Of a stretch of DNA of 64,000 bases, positions 9,702-22,970 are shown piece by piece. The notes under the pieces were generated by a model. That model was not told where the DNA came from. It ran no database searches and saw only the letters and a list, made by a program, of their open reading frames with translations. This DNA is from Ruditapes philippinarum (lineage: Eukaryota), in NCBI RefSeq assembly GCF_026571515.1, contig NW_026861937.1, forward strand, positions 1 to 64,000, given 5' to 3'. Each line of letters opens with the position of its first letter. Position 1 is the first letter of the stretch. The translations under genes were made by a program, and so were the position numbers.

Positions 9702-12090
9702 TATTCACATACTTTGCAAGAAAAGAATATTGTATCATCATCAATCAAAAGGATAAAGTACTCTACATTTTGAAACAGTTTTTAGAAAATAAAATACATG
9801 TTGAAAGAAGGCTATGTTTTACTTTTAACTGTTTGTATGATACATGCTGGACTCTATAAATTGTGATTTTAAAATTTTATTTGAATTGCTTTGTGTATGA
9901 AAAAACTCCTCGAACTTGCAATCATTAGTACACATACAAAGGACACTCTCCTTTTTTAATCAAAGAATTTGGAGGATTTTTGTATGCTGTATACATGTTT
10001 GTTTATTTTTACATCAGATGATTGACCATAGTGAATGACACAATATATAAACGTATTGAGCGTAATGCGATACTACACAATACAATATATATAAGCGTAT
10101 TGAGCATAATATGGAACTACACAAAACCACTTTAAACGCAGTTAATAGCTTGAAGTCCTTTTTATGTGTACATTCTATGTACGGTGGTTATATTAAGGTA
10201 TAACACTGCTACATTTTAATTTTTGAAGTAAATCTAAGTTGTAAGCCTAAAAGAAAAACAAAGATTTGTTTAAAAAAAAAACTCCTTGTGAATAATTTGA
10301 AATGTTTTTCTCAATAATTGTGATTAGAATTGTGAAACTTGGTGTGAAACGATATGAGACGTGTCCTTGTTTTTGCCAAATAAAAGTAAACAAACAAACT
10401 GCGTCACTCTTTTTTTACTTTACCAAAGGTATGAGTGAATGCTATTTATTCCAGAAATGATACTTTAATCTTTTGAATTAAATTTTATTCGATAATTAAC
10501 GAAACAAAATTTACGATATAGATTATAAAAATGCGTTTTTTTTTTGTTTGTTTATTTGTATATTTGTAAATAAACAGTTTTCTATTTTTTTATTTTATGA
10601 ACCTGTCAATTCCATACTGATTACACAATCAATGCACACAATATGTTCATATTTGATAAACGTTCGGCAAATTCCGTGAGATGTACGAAGTGAGAAATGA
10701 TTGAATTTAATTTGTTTCTATGATATAGTTACGCTGACTGTTATAGTGTATGGATTTATAATTTCTAAATGCCTTACGTGTTGTAAGATCGAGACCGCGT
10801 ATGTCAAGTTTTTTTTCCTTATTTATAACTATTTTCAATATTTTTGAAGCTATGGTTTTCTTTTTGTTTTTGATATGTTTTGCACTTATTTTGTAAATAT
10901 TATCCTTTTTTAAATAACATTGTTTAAGAGTAAATATGCCAAATTTTAATTTAACTTTCTGATTAAAATCAATACATGTCATTTTAGTGCCGTAAATCAC
11001 AATACAAAACGAGACAATTCCGTGCTAGAAGTTGTTTCATATCCGTGTGGATAATTTTGCAAGTGTTTGGCCATACAAATAAAGAAAGAATATGATTTTA
11101 AACAATGGCAAAGGACGAACCACAGACCTCTCGTATACTGGGTAATCACTTAACCGACTGTGCTATTGCAGATGCTATGAATACCTATACATTAAGCTAT
11201 TGTGACTTTTCCAAACGTTAGTTAATACTACATATTAAATCCGTACACTATACGGACAGAACCGAAGTGGAATCGAATATTAAAATGAGCGTTATAATGT
11301 ATTCATTATTGACAGGTCAATAACATCAGACTATAAAATGTATTAAAGTATTTCGCTATTCTTTGCTAATATTTATGGAACGATAAAAATGTCACATATT
11401 GATTAATAATCATGTTGCATAACAAGACTGGTAAATGTCAATACATATAACTTATTTAATCTCCATTTTCTCCCTCACAATCACATTTTTTCGCAGCTTC
11501 GTGGCGTCATTAAATGTTTCAATAGTTGTTTTAGTTTATATAACAAATAAATTTAAATCATCGAAAGTATCAATTATCTACGGGTATTTTAACACCGACA
11601 TAATTCATAATTTCTAATTTATACATTTGAATGTTTATGAAGATATGTAGCCGTGTACATGGGCTTGTTGTACATTTTACAATAAATTTATAAAATATGC
11701 CTGTATGATAAAGGGAAAGTAATGGTATTTAAAAAACGAAAACGTTGCCTCCCTTTTAAATCATTTTTATTTCCTGATTTAAGGAAAATTTTCTACTTTT
11801 GGTTTCGTTTTTCATTTGTTGATGATCTACTTCGAATTAAGGAATAAGATAAAAGCATTATTCTTATTTTTCTTCAAATAACATGAGGCATAAATCTTAA
11901 TTGAAAATATTTCACACAAAATACGTATACAGGTTTTATGATTTCTTCTTATTTATAGTTTTCTTAACTGTATTAAAAGTTTTTGAATTCGTGGAACAAT
12001 GAAAATACTGCATTCATAAGCCATTATATGCGTATTTTCGGTTAAATTGTATCCTTAATGTTTCTATATGTCAAACAAAATACGAGAATT
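9702..12090 (+). repeat. Duplicated 3' flank shared with copy 6 (51852-53420)
   Basis: Collinear high similarity (e.g. TAGTATTCACAT...AAAAGGATAAAGTACTCTACATTTTG and GTTGTAAGATCGAGACCGCGTATGTCAAG). The copy-6 version lacks ~10075-10700 and ~11170-11420. Confidence 0.85.
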
Positions 12091-14442
12091 AAAATCTATT
12101 TATTTATATTGTTATAAGTTTTTAATTTATTTATTTAATTATTTTTTATTTTAATAGCTAACGAATATTGTACGTGTCATAAAATTAAAATATGTTAATC
12201 TTAAACACAAACCAATGATCGATACGATTGTTTTGTGTATTAAATCAAAAGGTGAACTATGTAGTACAATAAGATATTTGAAACGAGCGATTCAGTCGTT
12301 CAATAATTTAAGTATTTAAACCCATTTAACTACAAGTAAAAGATAGCTAGTCCGATGTAATGATATTTTATTTTATAAATGTTAGCACGCAACTATGATG
12401 TATCTTCAATGCAGATTTAAGTACCACTATTATTAAGCCTTTTGTCTATAGTTGTTATCAATAACATACTGATTTGTTTCAGTTCTTTCTTGTATGAATT
12501 ATAAACAAATATGATTTTAACAATTGGTTAAATAAACACTTCAGGTCATGGGAGGACGCTACTTCAGTTAATTTAATCTATTAGACTGACAAAACATCGT
12601 AATATTAGACACTGTAGAATATAATTTATGGTTAACAGGTTTAATCTGATTGGGTATTTAACAGTTAAAAGTTGTGACTACAAAACATCATTTTAGTTGT
12701 AAAAAATAACAATAAACTTGAAAGAATTGAGTAGCAATAAAGTTATGTATTTCAAATATATCAAATATCATATGTGATATGTCATAAAAGCGGGAATATT
12801 TGGTCAAGGTAAACAAAAACAAGGTAATTATTTTATATGTAAGTCATTTTTGAACGGAACGGAATTAAAATTACAATTAAGAATTCGCGATATAAATAAG
12901 TATATTTATCTATTTCATAATAAAGTGTTGTTTTAAGTTAATATTTATTTTTCTTCCATATTGATGGTATAATAAATTATTTAGATATCAATATTTCTGA
13001 AAAATAGCCATTCTAATACCTCAAGATGGACAACTGTCGACGGCATATCAAATGAATCCACTTTATTTATTTCACAAAGCAAACTTAAAAATAAATGTAA
13101 AAACAAAAACATTTATGATGTATGTATACACATATATAAAACAGAATATTGCTTAAAAATGCAATGAAGTTACTGATCTGTACATGCATGACGACAGGTG
13201 AAGCACGTGGACTTCGTGGACCTCAAAAATAAAGAATATGACGACATTTATATGGGTGTATATTTCTGAATTTCCTTGCTCTTTTGTAGCATTTTTATTT
13301 TATCGTAGAGTAAAAATCATGAATCAAAATCTTAGAAGGCGGCTTATTCCTGAATTATAGATGAATGAGGGAGGGGATAGAAATGTTGCAGACAGGCATG
13401 TCTCAGAGACTGGTTGTCCGCACATTGAATGCTTCCTATAGTGTTTTAAAATAAATGTGGAAACAATTTCCAAATTGAAGGAAGTATAACACATATACAC
13501 AGTGATGATTGTTCTAGGTGCACAATGTTTGCACATGACCGATATATTGTTGATTACGTCCGGTGGTATTGTTTATGTTTAGCAACTTCATAACGAAACA
13601 GATAGCAGAAGGCAAAAATTTAAGTCAACAATATCACAATAAGGGATAGATTTAATAATGCTGGTATAAATGCTAGAGGTCCTGACAAAAAAGAAACAAA
13701 TAAGCTGCTTTGTGAAATACAAGAAAAAATATCATGAAAATGAAACATTGGTCATAGACAAGCTATTTAATTGTTACATGTTTTTTTCATGCATCTCAAG
13801 AATGAATGACCACTGAATATAAAAATGCAGCAATAAAGTGTAGTAAAATTATTTATAATTAAAGCCTTATAGGTTTGACATGCTTGTCAAAATGATAAGA
13901 TAGAGAAAATAAGAATCCCTTAAAAAAGCACAACACGGCAAAATTGAAAATGTTGCAGCCTAGGTTTGATTGAGCCTGTTCATGGACGGTACTGCCAAGT
14001 GCAAACTGCCGTCCTAGCCCACCTAGCACCGGCTAAAGTAGAATTCAGCATCTAACACGACAAAATTGAAAATGATGCAGGCTCGGTTTGATTGAGTCTG
14101 TTCATGGAGTCATTCTTATATTTGATAATCTGGTTTCTGTGACCAAAGTTAAAATAAAATACACCTTTTAATAATTAATAATAAATAAAATATATGTCTA
14201 TATATGTTTAAGAGATATGATTGTAATCACTAAATATATCACTTAGTGTCCAACAAGTATAGTTTGATCTTCCACTAGAGGACGATTATTACTTTCAAAT
14301 GTTCTATGAAAGATTGTAAGATAAGAATCAATTTACAAGTACTGTTTAATTCAGCTCCAAGAAGAATTAATATTTAGTACCTTTTTAGATTGAAATAATG
14401 CCCTTAGTTGATTTGTTAAGTCCCTGATTAAATTTAAACATA

Positions 14443-15281
14443 CGATGGGTTATCCAAAAATTCGTTGACTTTTTAAATATCTTTTGAACATCCACGTGTA
14501 TTGTCATGAAATTGTATCAGCATACAGTGTAGAATATAATTAATACGTTTTGATACGAACATTTAAGTGCGTCAAAAAATAATGGTTTCATATTGCTTTT
14601 AAATAAACACATACACGGCACCCGGCGCTCGGTAGAAAAGCGCAGTTAGTCATCGTATATTTTTTGCTAAAAAACTACTTACTAACTTAGAAAACCCGCT
14701 AAACATCGCATATGTCTTCTGTGATGTCATTTAAGTAATTCTCTAAAATTATGGACGTCATTTCCGTTAATTTTTGTTGAAATCGCCAGAAACGCCGGAC
14801 GACGAAATTGTTTACACCGGGAAAATGACGGAAATGCAGAAATAAGAAAATAGCGTGATCATAAAGTTTTGTTGTAATATGGGAATGACACTAACAAAAA
14901 AAATTGAAAAAGTAAAAAAAAGAAACAGCAGGCGAACAGAGAAAATAAAATTTTACTATCATTAGTGCTTAAGTGTCATCAAATTTAGTGACAAAACATT
15001 ACTTCGTGAAGCAGTAATTGTTATTGAGTGTGTAACGTCGAAGCAGAAGTTGTACGTTAAATATTATGACATTAACGTCAATAACTGTTTGGAGTGCGCC
15101 GCACTCTCTGACATGTGTTAATGTAAAATTAAATATTGTTGTAATATAAGGAGCTACTAACATGCATTTTTCTGTGTTTATTTGTTATTTATTCTTCTAA
15201 GCAGAGTAAGAATTTCAAATCAATATCTCAAATACATTTTACGCAACAAAGAAAGTCCATGAATTTTTGGATAACCCCTCG
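14443..15281 (+). mobile_element. Mariner-derived non-autonomous DNA transposon (839 bp), TA TSD
   Basis: 30-bp TIRs with 27/30 match (CGATGGGTTATCCAAAAATTCGTTGACTTT / AAAGTCCATGAATTTTTGGATAACCCCTCG), flanked by TA. The internal remnant MTEMQK*ENSVIIKFCCNMGMT (~14825) resembles a mariner transposase N-terminus. Confidence 0.85.
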
Positions 15282-15457
15282 TATTTATAACGTGTTTGAA
15301 GGCGTCACTTCCGTGTTGTACTGGGAAAATTTCGCTCGATTTGTATCAAGATATAAAAAGTGTAAAATAAAACAACTACTTTTCTGGTGTTATGAAGAAT
15401 TGTATTAGGGAAAACAGAACATTTTATAAATTATATGAATTTCTATTTTTTCTAAGA

Positions 15458-17554
15458 ATGTCGAGGATACCAGACTACTCTCCTAATTTATCACTTAAAA
15501 TGTCTCAAGTGATGCATGGACTTGGTGTAAATGAGAAGATAGTGATGAAAAGAAGAAGATCATGGCTACTGAATGAATCAATATTAACGTTAATTCAACA
15601 ACTTCTCGGTCATGATAGAAATGGGTTCTTCTTTGGTAGTCAAATAGAAGGTACAACAACTCTTGGATTACGGTCTGACACGGATTTTCTTGAATCTTTA
15701 AACAATATTAATGTGATACCAGACTTGAATGAATGGGAATATTGTAAACATAATTTGTTGATGATACAAGATATTAATGTCTCACCAGGATATTGTTTGT
15801 TACAAATATTACAAGATGATGCTCCACTACCACAAGAAGTCAAAGTTAATGACCATTCCTACAGAGACAGAATGGGGAGAATATTGTTAAAAAATACATA
15901 TTCTTATGGATTGGGAAATAGTGAATTAATAATTAGGAACGGCCCGGCTCATTCTGTACAAGATGTCCCTGGGGCCAAAGATAGTGATTTAGTTATTGCC
16001 TTTCCTTGTAAATTAAGACCAGTTCAAGCAGCGCATTGGTTAAATCAACATAGAGAAGAGCATTGGCCTACAAATGATATGATACAGTACTGTAGTAACA
16101 CGAAATGTTTTGTTGTAGGCGTTGGTAAAACAGGAAGTGTAAATGAAGCATTTGAATGGAGAATATCTACATCATTTGCAGAGAGATGTTTAATGTTTAA
16201 TCTTAACATAACACAAATCAGGTGTTATGTTTTGATGAAAATGATTTTGAAAACATTTATAAATCAAAGATTTCCCGACAGCATTTCAAGTTTCATGTGT
16301 AAAACAGTTTTGTTACATTGCATTTCATGTACAAGATCTGGTGCATGGAACGAAAAAGCCCTCTTAACTTGTCTATCATTTTGTTTATCAACACTTTACA
16401 ACTGTGTTCATCAAGAATACTGTCCTCATTTCTTCATCACACAAAATAACTTGATGGGTGGGCGATTTACACCGGAGACTAAGTCGTTAATACTTGAAAC
16501 TCTTCGATATGTAATCGAAAGTAATGGAAGGGCATTGCTCGAAATTGAATGTGACTGCCTTGGCTTATGTCTTCAGTCAAATTTAAACGGTATTGAACAT
16601 TTTGTACCACCTATAATTTCTGGGCAATTACTAAGAGAAACAGCCCTTCATATAAGTTCAGATTTCAAAGATATCTTATGTGAAATGAATCATTTATCAC
16701 ATCAACCCACGATGCAAAAAATTTTAACAATTATTTCAAATTACCATAATGACAATTTCACAAACATAGATAGAAAAGCTTACCGTTTGATAACATGGTA
16801 TTTATGTAGTACACTTGGATCTGTTCTAGCATCTTTAAACATTAACCAACATGACCATTTTACATACAATAAGGCACTTGAATTCATGGCATTAGGATTT
16901 AACTCCGATGTAGCATCTGGTAAACTGAAACTTGCATCTTTCTTCTATTGTGACGGAGATATTGAGAGGACTGAAATGATCTTGAACAAAACTGAGGAAT
17001 GTTATGATGTTAGTATCGTTGAACCAGTATGTGAGTGTTATAATTTCGAACAGGCAAAAAGAAGAGACAGATTTGACAGGAACTGTTTTGAATCAAATGA
17101 AGAATGCTCTCTGTTTAAATATATAATAGCATCATGTGTCCGGTTTATACGATGTGAAATAAACTGTTGTCCATTAGAACTTCAACATGAAATGTTTAGA
17201 TCAACACAGGAAGACTTTGCTTACAGAAGTGAAGATGATGAATGGATGGACATGGCTGTTGTAGATTCTCTCCCTTACCTCTATTTCATGCAGTACAAGA
17301 CATATTCCCGTCTAGGAAGACAAGATGATAAACAGAGGGCCCTCTCTAATATTGCTAGAACAATTGATGTTGAACCAAATCTCGGACATAGGGAAACAGC
17401 ACTCAATCTTCTAGGACATTGTATGGAAGAAGAGAATAATGTAGAAAATGCATTGAAATGTTATGCGCGTTCCCTTCAGATTAGAGGGAGAAATAATTCG
17501 GCAAAAGTCCATATTTGTAAGCTGTTAAACAAATTGATCAATAACTTGTTGTAA
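15458..17554 (+). CDS. cGLR copy 2, 698 aa, type-A tail followed by a silent in-frame type-B module
   Basis: FGSQIEGTTTLGLRSDTD, DSDLV, EWRISTSFAER, SSFMCKT. Start set at the ATG homologous to the paralogs rather than 15392. Confidence 0.9.
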   Translation: MSRIPDYSPNLSLKMSQVMHGLGVNEKIVMKRRRSWLLNESILTLIQQLLGHDRNGFFFGSQIEGTTTLGLRSDTDFLESLNNINVIPDLNEWEYCKHNLLMIQDINVSPGYCLLQILQDDAPLPQEVKVNDHSYRDRMGRILLKNTYSYGLGNSELIIRNGPAHSVQDVPGAKDSDLVIAFPCKLRPVQAAHWLNQHREEHWPTNDMIQYCSNTKCFVVGVGKTGSVNEAFEWRISTSFAERCLMFNLNITQIRCYVLMKMILKTFINQRFPDSISSFMCKTVLLHCISCTRSGAWNEKALLTCLSFCLSTLYNCVHQEYCPHFFITQNNLMGGRFTPETKSLILETLRYVIESNGRALLEIECDCLGLCLQSNLNGIEHFVPPIISGQLLRETALHISSDFKDILCEMNHLSHQPTMQKILTIISNYHNDNFTNIDRKAYRLITWYLCSTLGSVLASLNINQHDHFTYNKALEFMALGFNSDVASGKLKLASFFYCDGDIERTEMILNKTEECYDVSIVEPVCECYNFEQAKRRDRFDRNCFESNEECSLFKYIIASCVRFIRCEINCCPLELQHEMFRSTQEDFAYRSEDDEWMDMAVVDSLPYLYFMQYKTYSRLGRQDDKQRALSNIARTIDVEPNLGHRETALNLLGHCMEEENNVENALKCYARSLQIRGRNNSAKVHICKLLNKLINNLL

Positions 17555-18734
17555 CTTATTTTAGAACAAGAATACCGCAAGGAAGATACTTCAAAATGCT
17601 TTCAGATGTCCTTTAATATACAAAGTTGACACAATTCTGCAAAGTGTCAAATATTTAGACTGTTAGCATCCGTTTATGATTAGAACCAAAACATATATGT
17701 TTAAGGGCATACACGGCTTACCTATATAACAACAGCGTAGGTATGGTTACGATAAACTATTCATAACAAAGCAAATGCTTTGATTGCCTAAAAAGGACTT
17801 TACCTTCAACAGGAAAGAAACCTTTTGGAAATACTTGACCATTGTAAAATAGTTCATTTATTTTTATGTTTTGCAAACAAGATATCTTGTAAGATATTAG
17901 GAATATATAACAATACACAGAGAAACAATAAACCTTTAAATAGACATGGAGGACAGATTAAAAAAGCACCGAATATTCATGTACAGTATATATTATGCAT
18001 TGTCATTTTGATACTCGCAATGTTTGCCCAGTAATTATCTAGTATGAGTCACTTGTTATATAGTTTTGAACATTATAAGTTTAAATTGAAATTATCTATC
18101 AGTGTTTAATCTTGCAACACCAGAGTGTTTTGCTTATGGTGGGGTATTTTGCCAATTAACTGTCATCTCAAACACAATGTAATTTCAAGAGTGTCATGTG
18201 TCATATCAGATACGGTAACATTTTTAACCGTGTGAAAGTATAAACATAATACGTGTCTATTTAGATGAATAACAAAACGTTTCATTGTTGCATTTCGAAT
18301 AATATTAGATGAATATTTTCACTTTATCAAGAAACTGGCATTGTAACGGATTTCTTACAAAAAATAGTTCAAAACGTTACACATAATAGATGATTACTAA
18401 TATTATATTATAGTATTTTGTACGAACATGCTTTAGATTTTCACAATTTTATCAATTCATAACTTGTGGATGAAGGTGATCACTTAACAGTGTTGATTTT
18501 TCAGATACATCATAAAACTGAAAGTTACTTTTGCCCCAGTCAAAAATGATCCATTTTATTTATTTAATATATTATGTATGTATATTTTTCTCTGGATCTC
18601 TAATAAATATAATACATAAACTGCTGCATTTGTGTTTGTTTAATGGATTTGCCTTGCTTTAAATATTAAACAATTCATTTGAAACTAGATGAAATGCAAA
18701 CATAATAGAGGTTGGTCATTCACCACGGATGTGC

Positions 18735-21540
18735 AGACTGGCCTGTCTTTACATTCGTGGCAAAAGCTGACCACTTTCGATTTCAGCAGGCTGGCTAAGC
18801 TCTATACTTGTGGTAGAGGCTGACAACTTTCGGTTTCAGCAGGCTGGCCAGACTCTATACTTGTGGTAGAGGCTGATCACTTTCGATTTCAGCAGACTGG
18901 TCAGGCTCTATACTTGTGGTAAAGGCTGACTATTTTCGGTTACAGTTTGCTTGCCTGGTTCTATACTTGTGGCAGAGGCTGATTACTTTCGGTTTCAGCA
19001 GGTTGACCTTACTCTACACTTGTGGTAGAGGGTGACCAATTTCAGTTTCAGCAGGCTGGTCAGGCTCTTTTATTGTGGTAAATGCTAACCACTTTCGAAT
19101 TCAGCAGTCTGGCCTGGTTCTATACTTGTGGCAAAGGCTGACCACTTTCGGGTTCAGGGGGCTGACCTTGCTCCATACTTGTGGCAAAGGATGACTAATT
19201 TCGGTTTTAGCAGGCTGGCCAGGCCCTATACTTGTGCCAAAAATTGACAACTTTCGGTTTCAGCAGGCTGGGCTGGCTCGATACTAGCGGCAAAGGCTGA
19301 CTACATACGGTTTCATCAGGCTGGCTTGGTTCTATACTTGTGACAAAGGCTGATCACTTTCGATTTCAGTAGACTGGCCAGGTTCTATTCTTGTAGGAGA
19401 GGCTGACCACTTTCGGTTTCAGCAGGCTGGCAAGGCTCTATACTTGTGGTAAAGGATGACCACTTTCGGTATCAGCAGGCTGGCCAGGCTCTATACTTGT
19501 AGCAGAAGCTGACCACTTTCGATTTTAGCGGGTTTGTCAGGCCTTATAATTGTGGTATAGGCTGACCACTTTTGGTTTCAGCAGGCTGGCCTGGCTCTAT
19601 ACTTGTGGTTAAGGCTGACAACTTTCCGTTTTAGCAGTTTGGCCATATCTATTCTTGTAGCAGAGGCTGACAACTTTCGGTTTCAGCAGGCTCGTCAGGC
19701 TTTGAAATTGTGGTAAAGGCTGACCACTTTCGGTTTCAGCAGGCTGGCCAGGCTCTTTACTTGTGGCAGAGGCTGACCACTTTCGGTTTCAGCAGGCTGG
19801 TCAGGCTTTTGATTGTGATAAAGGCTGACGACTTTCCATTTCAGTAGGCTGGCTAGATTCTATACTTGTGGCAGAGGCTGAGCACTTTCGGTATCAGCAA
19901 GCTGACCAGGCTTTATACTTGTGGTAACGGCTGACCTCTTTCAGTTTCAGCAGGTTGGCCAGGCTCTCTACTTGTGGCAAAGGCTGACAACTTTTGGTTT
20001 CAGCAGATTGACCTGGTTCTTTAACAGTTGCAAAGAATGACCAATTCCCATCTCTTATTTAAACAGGCTGACTTGGCTCTTTACTGGTGGTAAAGGCTGA
20101 TAACCTTCGTTTTCAGCAGGCTGGTCAGGCCTTATACTTGTTGCAGAGGGTGACCACTTTCGGCTTCAGCAGGCTGGCCAGGCTCCATATTAGTGGCAAA
20201 GGCTGACTCCTTTCGGTTTCAGCAGACTGACCTGGGTCCATTCTAATGGCAAAGGCTGACTACCTTCGGTTTCAGCAGGCTGGCCTGGCTCCATAGTAGT
20301 GGCAAAGGATACCTATCTTTGGTTTCAGCAGGTTGGCTGGCCCCATATAAATGGGAAAGGCTGGACTATCTTGTTTAGCAGCAGGCTGGCCTGGTCCTAC
20401 TTGGGAAAGATATTATTTTGGTTTCAGCAGGCTGGCCAGGCTTTTATACTTGTGGCAAAATTGACTACTTTCGGTTTCGGCAGGCTCCCCGGTCGATATA
20501 GAGGGAAAGGGTGACTACTTTCGGTTTCAGCAAAGGGTGCCCGGCTCCTTTCTAGGGAGCAAAGGGTGACACTTTTCAGTGGATCAGGCTGGCCTGGTTC
20601 TATACTTGTGGCAATGGCTGACCATTTTCGATTTCAGTAGCTAGGCTGGCCAGGCTCTATACATGTTGCAGAGGCTGACCACTTTCGGTTTCAGCACGCT
20701 GGCAAGGCTCTATACTTGTGGTCAAGGATGACCACGTTCGGTTTCAGCAGGCTGGCCACTCTCTAAACTTGTAGCAGAGGCTGACCAATTTCGGTTTCAG
20801 CAGGCTGGTCAGGCCTTATATTTGTGGTACAGGCTGGCCCACTTTTGGTTTCAGCAGGGCTGGCCCAGGATCTATACTTGTGTAAAGCCGGCAACTTCGG
20901 TCTCAGCAGGCGGCCAGGCTCTTATATACTTGTAGGGCAGAGACTGGACCACTTTCGGTTTCAGCAGCCTGTCCTGTTCTATACTATTAGCAAAGGCAGA
21001 CACTTTCAATTTCAGCAGACTGCCAGGCTCTAATTATACTTGTGGTAAAGGCCGCAACTTTCGGTTTCAGCAGGCGGCCAGGATCATATACTTGTGGTAA
21101 AAGGGCCGGCAACTTTCGGTCTCAGCAGGCTGGCCAGGCTCTATACTTGTTAGCAGAGACTGACCACTTTCAGGTTTCCAGCAGCCTGTCCTTGTTCTAT
21201 ACTTAGCAAAGGCAGACACTTTCAATTTCAGCAGACTGCCAGGCTCTAATATACTTGTGGCACGAGGCTGACCACTGTTGGTCTCAGCAGGCTGGTACAG
21301 GGGCTTTTTAATTGGGAAAAGGCTTATCCACTTTCGATTATAGTAGGCCTGGCAAGGTTCTATAAACTTGTGGCAGAGGTCATTCCTTATTCAAAGCAGA
21401 ATGACTTGCTCCCTTTACTGGTGGTAAAGGCTGGATCACATTCGCTTTTCAGCAGGGCGGGTCAGACTTTTATACTTGTTGGGGCGTTGAGTGACCTTTT
21501 TTTTTTTTTCAGCATGGGCGGGGGGGTGGCTGGGGTTTTA
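18735..21540 (+). repeat. 53-bp minisatellite array 1 (~53 units) with ISRE-like core
   Basis: Consensus GGCAAAGGCTGACCACTTTCGGTTTCAGCAGGCTGGCCAGGCTCTATACTTGT; period verified at 18781/18834/18887. The array is noisy after ~20300. Confidence 0.95.
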
Positions 21541-22667
21541 TACTTTTGGAGGACTTCGTTGTGCCTCAAAAATCAAGAAAATTTTGGCCGGATGCATTAC
21601 GCACTTGTAACATGGTCAAATGATTGGGTTTTTTAAAATTTCAATTCAACTTTTGAAAGGCATTCAATATAAAATTAATCAAGACCTTAGAAGGCGGCTT
21701 TTGCCTGGGCCAGATGAATAGGGGGATACTGTAATTTATTTCAGAAGGCATTCTCAGAGGGAGGTTGTCAGCACCCTTGAATGTTTTTCCCCTGTTTAAC
21801 AAAAAGGATTTTCAAAATAAAAAAAATTTTAGGGGAGATCTGGGACGTTTTGTTTACAACTCTTGGGATAATCCGATATATTTTCGATTTAGTTTCCAAA
21901 TGATATTGGTTTTCCCGGGAAAACTACTTTTTTTACGAAAAAGCTTTTCAAAAAAAAAATGCAACCCCGAAAAACCCAAAACCCAAAAAGGGAAAATTAT
22001 GATTTTGGGATGAATGCCCAGATGTCCTACAAATAAAAAAAACAAATTATTTTTTTTTGTAACATAAAAAGAAAATGTCATCAAACTCATCATAAATAAA
22101 ATGTTTCATCATTGACGTGATATTATATTTTTACATATTTTCCAAGCATCTCATAACATTTTGCTTTGTAAACTACAGAATGATCTTTTAACTTTTTCTA
22201 GTTTCGTTGTCCATCATACTTATCTAAGTAATTTTATACAAGAATGATCACTGCCAAATTAAAAACAAAATATAATATTACGGGGTAACAATTAAGTGTA
22301 CAGCTAGTAAAAAGTCTATTTATAATTAAAAGCTTTAAAGACATTTTGTCAAAATGATAAGTAACATTCCTTTTTTAATCCGGTTTCTCTGATAAAAAGT
22401 TCAAAATTAAATATATGTATAAGTAAGAAATAAAATACGTCTACATGGATATATGTATAAGGAATATTTTTGAAGCCTCTATATATATTTTAGCGTCAAA
22501 CAATTATAATTGCCCATACTATAATTTACCCACCACAAAGCGATTTTCTTTTCAATTGTTCTGTGTAAGAATTCAATTTACAAATAAGGAAACAAGGATT
22601 TATAGAAGCACTTTGTTGATTTACTATTTAGTACCATTCAAAACCTGTCCAATTCAGGTGTGATGCA

Positions 22668-22694
22668 TTGGAAATTCCAAACTTTTCGTTTTCG
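22668..22694 (+). promoter_or_regulatory. Composite NF-kB + IRF motif, copy 3
   Basis: TTGGAAATTCCAAACTTTTCGTTTTCG, followed by an AAG|GTAAGT donor at 22718. Confidence 0.5.
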
Positions 22695-22970
22695 GTTTTG
22701 TACAATTTCAATTTAAGGTAAGTATATTAACTTATTTCCCGTTTTTTTATTTGAAATGTTGAGCCCTGATTTTTAAATAGTTTAAATCATTTATAAAAGT
22801 TGCAATTTATAAATATTTTGGGTTTAAATGTGTCACAATCCATGTTTTACAGGGATCCATTTCAAAGTATAAATTGTTTTTAATTTTTATCGTGCAAATC
22901 TAATCTATTGGTATTAAGAAATACAGAAAATTCTATAAAACAAATGGAAATTTCTGTTTTATTTTTAGGC

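Noticed and set aside
15392-15457. N-terminal extensions in the ORF track (15392, 30314, 38068)
   Set aside because: They are not conserved among paralogs, two use TTG starts, and they overlap the pyrimidine tract/acceptor preceding the shared MSRIPDY start.
17421-17564. Alternative splicing from GTATGG to TTTTAG to swap tail A for tail B in copy 2
   Set aside because: The junction would create an immediate TAA, and the AG is absent (TTGG) in copies 4 and 7.
18735-21540. CRISPR array interpretation of the 53-bp repeat (contains a small hairpin)
   Set aside because: There are no unique spacers, since the whole 53-bp unit is repeated. The context is eukaryotic and there are no cas genes.
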